A stretch of DNA of 64,000 nt from Marsupella aquatica (lineage: Eukaryota; Plantae; Marchantiophyta). The stretch spans positions 981,224 through 1,045,223 of the forward strand of contig OZ316891.1 of the NCBI GenBank assembly GCA_973895155.1. Direction: 5' to 3'. Of this stretch, positions 11,080 through 22,683 are shown one piece after another. A program made the position numbers and the translations under genes. Numbering within the stretch: the first letter of the stretch is position 1; every line of letters begins with the position of its first letter. The notes under the pieces were generated by a model. It saw only the letters and a list, made by a program, of their open reading frames with translations. It had not been told where the DNA came from and made no database searches.

Positions 11080-14000
11080 ATGCACCCTGGTCACCACCCT
11101 CCCCAGACCCAGCCCAGGGCACAGGCACTGCCTTTGCATCATCCCACAAGGATATCACGCCATGATAATAAGCTTTGGCAGCGTGAAAGGTTACGAACCA
11201 GACTTTCAGGAGCCAGTAGGATGAGATGTCCTTGTGCAATCTGCCAAGGATCCCGTACCAGGGGTCTGAATGAGGTTTGGCGGCATATTGCGGTTCATGG
11301 AAGAGATCCACGACATCGAGTTTGGAATGATCCTGCAGAGGAAGATTCTTCCGACGAGGAGTGGAGGTTAGAATTTGATGCTGCCAATGCTGCAAGACGG
11401 GCAAGTGAGGTTCTGCCTGGTGCATTTGAAAATGTTGTAGCTGGTCTCTGTGGGTTGTTAGCTCTCCAACGGGATGGTGCTCAGGCAACACCACGTGACA
11501 AAGGAATTCATGTGGAAGAGATGGTGAGAGACATCTTCCAAGACTTGGATGCATTTCATGATGGGCTGGACAACGAAGAGGATACAGCTGCAGATGCAAG
11601 TGTGCCCCCTGTCGAAGAGCCTCTTGATGAGTTTGAGATAGGGCAGGAAACCCCTGGGCATGATGGGATGTTTGGCTCTCCCCTGCAAATACAGGAAGGC
11701 AGGAAGTTTTTGTACCCCGGTAGCAAATGTTCTAAACTGGGATTTGTCATCATGTTCCTGAACATTTGCGGCAACCACAATGTCCCCAACGTTTTGGTTT
11801 CTGAGTTGTTGGCATTCTTGCGAACAACTGTGCTACCAGATGGTAATATTTTGCCCAAGAACATGTACGAGGCAAAAAGATGCATATCTAATCTTGGATT
11901 GAACTATGATTCGATCCATGCCTGTCCTGATGGGCATGTTCTTTTCAGAAAGGAGTATAAAGAATCGTTGACATGCCCTAAGTGTGGGAAGCACAGGTAT
12001 CGGAACTCAAGAAAGTCTATGGTTCCCGCCAAGGTACTTCGTCATTTTCCACACATTCCCAGACTTCAGCGGATGTTCAGAAGCCGTGCCATCTCGGAGA
12101 TGATGACTTGGGCAACTGACAAGAAAAGTGATGATGGGCTACAACGACATGTTGCAGATTCAAGGCAATGGAAACTCATAGATGAGATGTATCCCGAATT
12201 TGCTGCTGAGCTGAGGAATGTCAGACTTGGGCTGTCATTGGATGGGGTAAACCCATTTGGAGACAAGAACAACAAATTTTCGTGCTGGCCTGTAACTATT
12301 TTGAATTATAACCTTCCTCCTTGGATGACTACAAAGCGATTTTTTGTTCTGATGGTCCTAGTGATACCAGGGCCAGACAGTGTTGTATCTGCCAACATAG
12401 ATGTGTTTCTGGCTCCCCTAGTGGAGGAATTGAGAAAGCTTTGGGAGGAAGGAGTTCTCACATATGATGTCCTACAGAGGCTTGGGAGGTTAAACCCATT
12501 CATCCTTAGAGCCATTGTCATTCTGACTATAGCTACTACCCAGCCCATGGGATGATATCAGGCCAAACAACAAAAGGATATTGTGCTTGTACTATCTGTG
12601 GGCGTAATGTCACCAGTGAGTACTCCAGAGCCCTGCAAAAAGTGATATACATGGGCCATCGTCGTTTTCTGAAGGCAGATCACCCTTACAAAGAAAGACA
12701 GGCACTGATTGCACACTTTGGCAATGAGATTGAGCAACGTGGACCCCCGGCACAAGTGACCAAAGAGGAGATCAGGCAGTGGGGAGCACTGAGGGATGAC
12801 TATATCAAACGAGGGGGCAGGGAAGATGGAGTGAGTGATCCAATAAAGCGATATGGTGTAAAAAGACTGAGCATATTGGACTTGGAGCTCAAGTACTGGA
12901 GGGTAAGCCTCTTGGAGTTGATGTTAATTGGGATACATGTTTTGGTTCAGAGCATGTGCATTCATTTCGAAGAGAGAGACTAAACTTGAGGCATTTCCTG
13001 ACGCTTTTGCATTGCAACGATGCAGGAGTTTGAGCCAAGCAAACATAACATTGATGTTATGCACATTGAAAAGAATATTTGTGAGAGTCTACTCAGATTC
13101 TTGTGTGGAGAGAAAGACACTGGTTCAGTGAGATTGGATCTTGAACAGAGGGGAATGAAACCCCATCTTTGGTTGAGGCCACATGCCCACAGAGCTGATG
13201 TGCTCTTGAAGTACCAAGCGCCCTATGTTCTGACAGACACAGAGTGGGAACTATTTGTGCAGAGGTTGAGTTCTTTGAAGGTTCCTTCAAACTATGGCAG
13301 TGCTTTCAAGAAGCATATCATGACTAGAAAGCTTGGTAGTATGAAAAGCCATGACTACCATATGTTGATGCAACAGGTGTTGCCTTTATGTCTGACGGGC
13401 CTGTTGCAGAAGCCTGTTCGTACTGTGATCATGCGACTCAGTGATGTGTTTCGTCGTATTTGTGTGAAGGTTTGGGATGAAACACACTTCCCACAACTGA
13501 CAGAAGATGTCGCTCAGGTGCTGTGTGACCTGGAGATTTATTTTCCTCCCGCATTTTTTGATGTCATGACCCACCTACTTGTCCATGTTGTGGAAGAGCT
13601 ACACCAATTTGGGCCTGTGAGTGCTCGTTGGTTGTACCCTTTGGAACGGTACATGAAGCTACTCAAAGGTCACGTGAGAACATATTACAAACCTGAAGCA
13701 AGCATGGCTAAAGGTTACATCAAGGATGAGACTCTGGGATTTCTGACCGAATACATAGCACAATATGAGCATGTGAAGACCAGGGTGTGGAATTCTGATG
13801 AGGAGGAAGGGGTGATAGGTGAAGTACTGGAAGGGGCTGCAACCACAAAGAACCTGACCATATCTATGAGAGACTTGGCACATGACTTTGTATTGCACAA
13901 CACTGTGGTGATGGAACCCTGGATACAGTGAGTGCATACATGTGCTATAATCCAGTTCATGAGCTTAAATGTTGTGTTCGTGTGGTTTTCTCCTTCAGCC

Positions 14001-14810
14001 TGTTCATGTTTACCCAAGCTAATGCTGTGTGGTTGTTCGTTTAGGGAGTATGAGTCATTGAAGGCGGCCCATCCCACTGCAGGAACAACTTTTCCAGGTT
14101 TCATGGAGTGGATCAGAGTGGCAATTAGAGAGCATCACGAGACCCACCCAGACATGGATGCAGATGTTTACCTACTGTCTAATGCCCCTAGCCTGAAAGT
14201 GAAGACTTACAAACGGATGAGAGCATATGGGAATCACTTCCGAGTGAAGGATGGTGACAGTGCCTATAGGGTGACGAATGACTGCGGGCTCATCACTGTA
14301 TTTGAGCAACAGAGCCACAATCACGACAGGGCCTGGATGGAGATGGGATATGTGGGAGAATTAGTTGACATATGGGCTCTGGACTATGGGGCGGTGTCCA
14401 GTCCTGTGATTCTTATGAAAGGTTCATGGGTGCGGCAGGATTGGCTTGGTAACAGGGCTACCATGAAGAGAGACAACGACGGTTTCTTGCTGGCCAATTT
14501 CAGAGGGAAATTGCCCGAATGGTCTGAGCCATTTGTGTTTCCTAGTCAGGTGGAGCAAGCTTTCTTCCTGGATGTGGAAGACTCCCCAGGTTGGCGTGTA
14601 GTGTGTCATAAACAGGCCAGGCAACGTCGGATGGAAGGATCAAACCTTGAGTTTCATTTACACTCTCATAGTGCCTTTGATCGTCGGCGTTCAGACCAAG
14701 TGCCTGTAGTTCATGATAGCCGGGACTTCATTCCTGTGACAAGGGTAGATGCATTTGCTGAAGGAGGCGAATTCAGAGATGCAGATGCCAACAGTGTGCC
14801 TGTGCCATGA
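11080..14810 (+). pseudogene. CACTA TnpD/Tnp2-family transposase with a 1-bp frameshift
   Basis: Motifs CPCAIC..H..HG (transposase-associated), IHACP..CPKC, NVRLGLSLDGVNPF, WPV..NYNLPP, HNIDVMHIEKN, MKSHDYH, WLYPLERY, EPFVFPSQVEQ. Exons 11080-12902, 13026-13927, 14045-14810 (GT-AG, in frame). Frameshift at ~12535: gct-ac-tac-cca instead of A-D-Y-P. Confidence 0.93.
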
Positions 14811-14966
14811 GTAATGTGAATTGTTTGCATGGACATTAGTGAGGGGAAGGATGTGTAATAAAGTAATTCTGAAGCAACACAGATGTATGGATGGATGCCT
14901 GGTGATTGTGGTTGCATTGTGTTATACGGGGTGACCATAGATGACATGTTTTTGTGGTCCAGTAGG

Positions 14967-17900
14967 ATGGAATAGAGTGACACGGAGATGTGTGAGTATG
15001 AAAGGAAAGCTATGGAACAACGAGCATACATGAAAGCCAAAATCGCAGAACTGGATCTGGAAAAGGATGTGGCTGAATTGTAAGGGAACGATTCTCAACT
15101 ACACCCCTCCGCTGAGTTTGTGTGACATGAATAGTTCAATGTGGCACTGAAATTGTGACTATATTCTCATATTGGAATGTCGCAGAGCCACAGCATTTTC
15201 AAAGAAACAAAAGGAGTACGCAAGAAGGGTGACCAGCACTATCTCTGGGCCTGTGCGTCGGAGTGACAGGTTGAGCAAGAAGGTCGTACCTACAATGGCA
15301 GAATGTGGAGATGACATTGATGCTGCACAGGTGGGTGCAGACACTAGACAAGAAGATGCAGATGATGAGTATTTTCCAGAGGAAATGGATGAGGATGGGG
15401 GTTATGAAGATGAATACATTGCAGAGCAGCCCCAAAAGAAACAGGTAAGTAGTTTTCCCAACAAGGTTTTGAGTTACTCTTGTTTAGAGGTTTCATATGT
15501 TCAGTACTACACATATGTACCTTGCTTAGTTCCTGACATTGTAGTTGGTGATGTGATGCAGCGTCCTGCCAGTTCTGTTTTGCCTTTGAAGCCTGTGCAT
15601 GCACCATACCAGCAGGGGGGCTGACCTCTGATCAAGGTTGGCGAGGTGGTAGTAGTGGTAGATCCCAGGCTGGTGCCCAATACTATGGCAGGGGGCAAGC
15701 TCTAGGTTATGCCCGTGGTAGAGGCAGAGCAGGTCCAAACCCACAATCTCGTGGGTATGGACGTCCACCTCAACCATGGGGATGTGAGTATATATCTATA
15801 TGCCAGTTCTTTGTGAAGGCATGGCACTCCTGAATTTCAGACTGCATATCAATTTTTGACATTGTTTGGGATGTATTGGATTCAGACAACATGAAATTCT
15901 GTCCACCTGCCATTGCATGCAGATTCTGCCCAACCTGATTGGGCAAATGCTAATAATGATCAGTTCCAATGTCCACAAGGATAGACATGGGTTGAACCAG
16001 GTTGGGAGGATGGTGGTGGGTCGTGGAATGAACAAGGTTGGGAAGGTGGTGAAGGTAATTGGCAGGGATATCAAAATTCAGTACCTACAAACGCTGGAAG
16101 AGGGGCAGGTAATGTCTGATCTTGTCAGCAATGGAAGAACTCATTATATGTGAGTCCATTCACGTGGGGGGGACTCTGCACATGTATAATGATAGAAAAT
16201 GTATGTGTGCAGGTTGGACAGTCGAACCATCGACTCAAGTATTCACTAATGCCCCTATGCAGATGCAGCACGGAAGGGGGACAGGTATGTCGGTGAATGT
16301 TCAGTTGTTTTCCTACAGTTTGTACTTAGTTTTCAGTACATATGTTTGCACACACATACCTAGAAAGTGACATCATCCGGCCCCTGTACTAGGCTGGACA
16401 GGTGGTCCAGGGTCGCAACAATTTCAGAGTGCAGTCCCTGCACAGGCATCTACAGGCAGAGCTACAGGTATGTATGTTTGAAGAATTTTTCTTGAAGTGA
16501 AGCATTGAATGTTGCCGTCATCCATTCTGCTATATGTAGTTGTCAAGCATGAATGGCATTGTATTTTCCCAGGTGGCTTCAGAACCCCAGGTAGGGTGAA
16601 TGAAGGGGTGGCCAATACAACGCCCAGTACTACCGAGAGCAGTGCACGAGGGGAGGTGACAAAGAAAGGGAACGTAAAGTTGAATGAGAGACAATGGGTG
16701 GATGCTGAGTGTCCTTGCAAGAACCGATGGCATGCTGATTTGAAAGCTGAAGTATTGCGTTGGTTAGATGTGAGTGTTATTAATTTTAAAAAACAGCATC
16801 CAAAAGATTGGAAGACTGTATGTGAAAATGTTGCTGCCAAATGGAATTATATGGGCAGTGATGATGGCGTGGACATAGGTTGCCTAGAGAGTACAGCAGG
16901 TAAAATCATCAAGCAAGAGAGGTGGAGAATGCATAAGGCTTGGAAGGAAGGTGGGGAGAAGCCAGATATGCCTCCACCAGCCAGTTGTGATGATAAAGTG
17001 TGGGCAAGGTTAGTAGCTTATTTTGTAACAGATGCTTCAAAAAAGAAGAGTTCACAGATGACCGAGGCCAGGTTGAGTGTTCAGAACCCTAATCTGACAG
17101 GAAGGACCGGCACTGCACCGACAGCTAAACGTTTGGTAAGAATGAATGGCCCAGCTATGTAATTTATGCTACACTATGTACTGTTTTTTAGTGTAAACCC
17201 ATACATGTAAACTTTGTTTTTTAGTGTACGTTCCCTGAATATTGATCGATAACTTGTGTTTGCCATGCATGTGCAGAAAGCCCAATTGGGGCAAAGCCCT
17301 TCAAAAGAAGAGTTGAGGGCTGAAATTGTGAACACCCGGGCTCAAGAGGGTGCATCTGAATCCTCCAAGCATGTAAGTTATATGAGTTCTGATTGGTAAT
17401 TGAATGACCTGCGTTGAATTTCAGGTGTACACTGTGTGCATATATTGCCCAACATTTCATATGGAGTGATTGAACCTATACCCCTGTGTCATGTAGGGAG
17501 GTGGATCTCACTTACAGAGATAAGTGGTCATTTGAAGGCTGTCAAAACATGTCTTCCAGAGATCAATGAACGTTTGAATTCATTGACTGACTTGTTCCAT
17601 GTGAACTTCAAGACATTAATGGAAGCTGTTGTGTCGGTGAGAGATAAAATTGATTCCAATTCTGCAGGAGTTCCACCATCACCACTTGAGGTGGCAAAGT
17701 CGATGCACTCTTCTGGCATGCCAACGACATGTAGGCTTGAAGGTAAGGCCTTTACAACTGTGTGGGATATGATTATTAAATGTATAGTTTGAATTGACAT
17801 TGTTTGTTGAATGTGTTATTTTCAGTAACATATATTGTGGTTGTTGTGTCCATAGAGAATAAGACAGGTGCTACAGAGAAGAAGTATGAGAACCTGGCAA

Positions 17901-18652
17901 ATACTCGCTGTAATTTAGAGGCAACAAAGTTGCAGTCTGTACAAGCAACTTGTTTGACAGAGGGCAGTCAACCATGTTTGGATGAGGATGACATTGGCAA
18001 GGGAGTGGATGATATCAATGTTGGGGCAAATGAGGATATCAGCAAGCATGACAATGATACCATTGAGCCAGATTCATGCTATGTAGATCTTGACTCCATT
18101 GCAGAGATAAATGATTTGCAGAATGTATCATTCTCAATGACAGGTGTGCCTCTTGTTGAGATAAATCCAACCAAAAAGTTAGTTGGTATGACACTCCCAG
18201 GTGATGAACCTGCTACTGTGACAGTCCTAACAGAGGAACCTATTGAGCCTAGCTTCACTACTATGAAGAGAGGAAGCATGCGCACATGAAGCAAGTCTGC
18301 TGGTGGGAGCAGAGCCACGTCAAAGGTTTCATACAAACCTCCAAGAACAGTGATGGCAGAAAGATCTAAGGTGGAAGTGGGGAAAGCACCTAATGCTGAG
18401 GGACAAAGTGGCTTGTTAGCTGTTGATGAGAGTGGAACACGAGTAGGATTTGGCAGAGTGCAAGTTGGTTCCACAACGTTCCATGGCAAGAGGATTCCCC
18501 CAGGTTATTCAGTAGTGTTAGTCACATTACTAGTGAAACCTAAAGCTGTCCTTCCCATTCCAAACACAAATGATGATCCTCCTCAAAAGACACTTGGAGA
18601 TGCTGCAGGTTCTTTGGTATTATGGCCAAGCAAGTTCATAGAGGATCCATAA
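14967..18652 (+). pseudogene. CACTA TnpA-like multi-exon gene (Transposase_24-like core, Tnp1/En/Spm-like C-terminal domain), disrupted
   Basis: Exons ~14967-15079, 15186-15444, 15562-15783, 15923-16108, 16213-16284, 16393-16467, 16573-17135, ~17277-17372, ~17497-17742, ~17856-18652. Motifs W..LVAYF...KKKS....AR.....P..TG and HG..IP.GY..V.V....LP.P....LGDA.G..VLWP. Stops at 14973, 15982 and 18287; frameshift in the G run at 15615-15620. Confidence 0.8.
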
Positions 18653-19154
18653 CAATGTCATGCCATTATTTGTTTGTAGTGTGAGTCATGTTATGTAGAT
18701 TTTAGATGTCAAGAAGCAGTACAAGAATCATGTCCTCTTGGAGATTCATAGTATCATGCATGTGCTTTCAGTTATCTCATCCTACAGTCATCAATTATGA
18801 GTTCCTGTTTTGTCTGAATTACATTGATCACATTGTAAACTATTCCATTGGAATTCAAATGATCTTCATTTTTTAGCAAGATTGTGATTGTGTTTAATTC
18901 TTATGAATGTTTTATGTAGGATCTGCTTATATGATGCTTTGTTTCATGTGGATGTCATTCATGCTATGTTCATTTCTTGTATTCAATGTGTTATATTTCT
19001 AAAGTTAGAACATCAGGTTTCTATGTATTGTAATGTCGAGTGCTCTCTCTCCTTATGAACTGTCCCTCTGTGTTCATTAGTCATGGTTATAACTTGCATG
19101 TGAACCTTATTAGTTATAAACATGAGTATATAGAGTCCCAAATGGTTCTGTTGT

Positions 19155-19490
19155 GTGACGCGGGCCAGGGTCTCCATTGGTCTCTCTTGTGACACTAAAT
19201 AGTCACACGCTAGTCGTTGTTGAATGCGGGTAAGTCATGTATGTGACTTACGATGTGACTCGCTGAAGTCATATTGCAGTCACGTCGAAACAAGGCTAGA
19301 CTCCACAATAAAGTCACAGATCAGTCACAAATGGGTATCAAGCAAGTTGCAAAGCCCAGTATCAATAGTGACTTCCATTTTTTGGTCTCAACTTTTGCAA
19401 CTCCAAGGGTCACAGCGTGGGTCAAGTCACGTTGAGTCACAATGAAGTCACATGAGCCAAAATGAGTCACATATTGCGGTCTCAGTTCAC
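19155..19490. repeat. CACTA right subterminal repeats (AGTCAC/GTGACT in both orientations); sparser copies at ~2120-2330
   Basis: More than 10 copies of agtcac/gtgact within ~330 bp of the right TIR, typical of TnpA-binding subterminal regions. Confidence 0.75.
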
Positions 19491-22400
19491 CTCGGATTCT
19501 TCTAGTGGAGGTAAGGGCAAGATATCAAGGAGAGGGCAAGATGTCGAGGTGAGGGTAAGATTTTGAGGCAATGGTAAGATTTTGAGGCGAGACAAACATG
19601 GTTGTGCATTGCAAACATGTAATTCAGGCAAACATGTAATTTTAGTAAGGTAAAGAACTACTCATTAAAAGCTGGGGTTTTTAGGTGGATCAAACTCAAA
19701 TATTGGATTTTCCATAATCCTTTCTTGCCCATTTCATGTGAAAAGTGTTGTCAATGCGGAGACCTTGTTCAATATAGCACAATCATGAAATTATGTAATC
19801 AAGTAATGTAATTCAAGTGAACGCAAAAATATGGGATAAGGCGCAAATGGGTAATGAGAGTACATGGGCAAGAGTTAGGTAAGAAATCCTTATTGTTAAT
19901 GATACAAAAGATGGAACAAAAGACCGGAAAAAAGATGCAAATGGGGGCAAAGAGCTGGTCTCCAGACTTGGGAAAGGATTAGGGCAAAAGAAAGACTAAT
20001 AGAGATGAGGGGGCATGTCAAGCAATACATGTCTTGTGGAGAAAAGATGTTGGGAGCTTGATATTCTTGGTCTTCATTAAAAATGCATTTTTTGAAAAGA
20101 TTTTCAAAGAGAATGTTGGAGATATAGATGGAATAACAAATTTGGGACCGATCTTCTATACAACAAAAAACAAAAATATAATCAAAACATGTAAAAAATA
20201 GTGGACTTTGCTTTTGCATTTTTAATTTATTTTGGAAGTAGATGTTGTTTTGTTGTGAAAACTATATTGTTGGGGAGAGCAAGGATGTGGGAGGGTGAGA
20301 GCTAGTGCAAGAGAGATGATGGCCCCAGGTGCTTTGATACTATTGGGAGGGGAATATTTTATTTTTTTCTCTCCCATTTTTTCCCATTTTTACACTCCTA
20401 TGCAACACCATTACTCCCTTTTTTTTACATTGGCACCATTAAATAAACAGAAAAAATGCACAAAACATGATGTCGGACCTATCGAGAAGGGTGACCACCC
20501 TTCTCATTTTTCATGATCAATTTTTTTTCTAAGGCATGTAAAACCCGATACAAATTGTGCATTCCAGAAAAATAGTCATCCATGATTAGGAGGAATGCAA
20601 AGATCGATACGGGTATCGACCTTTGCACTTGTAAATTCTTTGGTTATCAGAAATTTACAGAAATGGTGAAACTGTGCATAACCGCGCAGTAGGCTCTAAC
20701 TATGGTTAAGTTTAACTAGGGTTAAGCTAGAAATTAACCATAGCTACCTCCAAAAGTATAAATATGACTGCCCGCTCATGGAAAGAAGTTTCATTTTTTC
20801 AAGTCCTCTTTCACAATCAAGCTCTCACCCAACCCAAAGAAAACCTCCTCTCCATACAGATGCGCATTCTGGTCTTAAGAGTAAGCTTCCACTTTCCAAA
20901 GCAAACTGTGATACTCGTATCATAATCAGCTTTGTAGAAAGCAACTTGCGATACTTGTATCATAAGTTGCATTCAAACCTAAGTTTCAAACCCTCAACAA
21001 TACAGGTATCGCTTGGTGCATTGAGCCAACTCAATTAGTCTTATGGTGCAGGAGTGAAAATACTTCAATCATGGTTTAGATTCTGTCTCTTGAAGATTGT
21101 AAAGCCGTTTGCTGCTCATCTCGCAGTTCTTCATATTATGTTGGGGCCCTTATTTTCTCTTGGGTAGCTGTTGGTCGGATCCGAAAGCCAATAGCGATAC
21201 TTGTATCACTCTTTGGATTGAGTAGTGTAGATTTAGGACGGACTGCACTGCAAAGATCATTGGACTGGGTCACTCGTGACCTCTAAGGTGGACCTGACAA
21301 AACCCCACCTAAACAAACACAAATACTCTGTTCCGTTCGCTTACAAGCAAAAATGTGCCCAACAAAAGTTGGGCTCGACAATCTTTTGAGTGCCCAAAGA
21401 GTGACGGCCTCGTGTCTATATATATCCTCTCCCATACAATGTTTCCCATTTTTTCTTGTCTTTGTGAGAGCTCGTGTGAGAGATTTTGGAAAGGAGCATT
21501 GTTTGGCTAGAGAGGAGACTGAGGACGTGGTGTGGCCTGGCTGATTCAAAAAGAAATAGTTTTACCCTGTAGGCAGCACCAGAACAAGTTCTAGAGGCGG
21601 CGCAAATGAAGACAGTGCGAACCATGGTTTGTACTGTGAAAAGGATTTGGTCTGCTTCTTGAGTCATTTCCCTTAGTTGGTTTTGCACAAATAGTTTTTG
21701 AGGCATTCCGTGTGGCTTGTGAAAGACATATTAGATAGTCGTATTGCTTCGAGTAGGAGTCTTTGTGTTTTGTCATCTAAAGAGGAATCGGCGGATGGAT
21801 TGGAAAGTGTTGGCCCAATCCGAAAGCAAATTGCGGTGCTTGTATCTCTCTTGGGATTGAGTCATGTTGTTCTCAGAATTAAGCTGAATTCAGTAATCCC
21901 AGTTAAAACATCATAAATTAACTAGAGACTCCATTAGAGCCTGCAATCTTGTATCTGTAGCCCGATCGTGGATTCATGGATCCTCTTGGGGGTTTGTAAG
22001 GTGTTGGCTTGTTAAGAAAGCAAAGCTTGTTCTCTCGTTCTTCTCTCTTTGCTCAATGGCAACATTCCCAAAGAGCGGAGGAAGACTTGCAAGTCTGAAG
22101 GACTTAGAATTCATCGCTGTCGATTTGGCCATTCCCACAATAACAATCATGACATAGTACTTGCTCAAATTGATGCAGCCAAAGGGCGACGAAGGAGAGG
22201 ACAGTGAGTTGATCGTAGTCACCACCGGCAGAGAAGGAGTTGCAGCTTGTCATGTCTGTCAATCTATCTTTCCTTTTGTTCCAATTGTTTTGTAAGTTGC
22301 TCTTTTGCATTGATGCGGGCATTGGCGATTCTTCTGCGATTTTGAGTTTTGAGAAGCAGATTAAGTGATCAAATTGATAGTTTACATTGATTGCCAGTAT

Positions 22401-22683
22401 CGTCGGCCTTTCTTCATTTTTTGAGCTTCCTGAGCTTCAGATTTGACTCACCGGCACTACATGTCATTGTGCAGATGGACAACGATAGCCTTGACCCTTG
22501 CTGGATTAGAACCACATGAGAATCGATAGCAGCTCCCAACAGACGCCCCTGCTCAAGGTTCTTGGACCCAGTAGAAAGCAACTTGGATGCCGTATTCAGA
22601 AGAAAGCAAAGCACGATACTTGTATCGCTCGTGGGATTGATCAAGCAGTGTAGATCTCAAATTTGATCTGCCAAAGGAAAACA

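Larger units (their letters stand above)
2084..19507 (+). mobile_element. Complete CACTA (En/Spm) DNA transposon, 17,424 bp
   Basis: Left end CACTAGAAGAAACCG (2084-2098); right end reverse complement CACTAGAAGAATCCG (19493-19507), 14/15 identical. 3-bp TSD GAG at 2081-2083 and 19508-19510. Internal TnpD- and TnpA-like genes. Confidence 0.97.

Noticed and set aside
22037-22295. Possible small ORF or upstream exon (MATFPKSGGRLASLKDLEF...) before the MTase gene
   Set aside because: It is interrupted by a TAG, has no recognisable domain, and I found no convincing splice link to exon 1.
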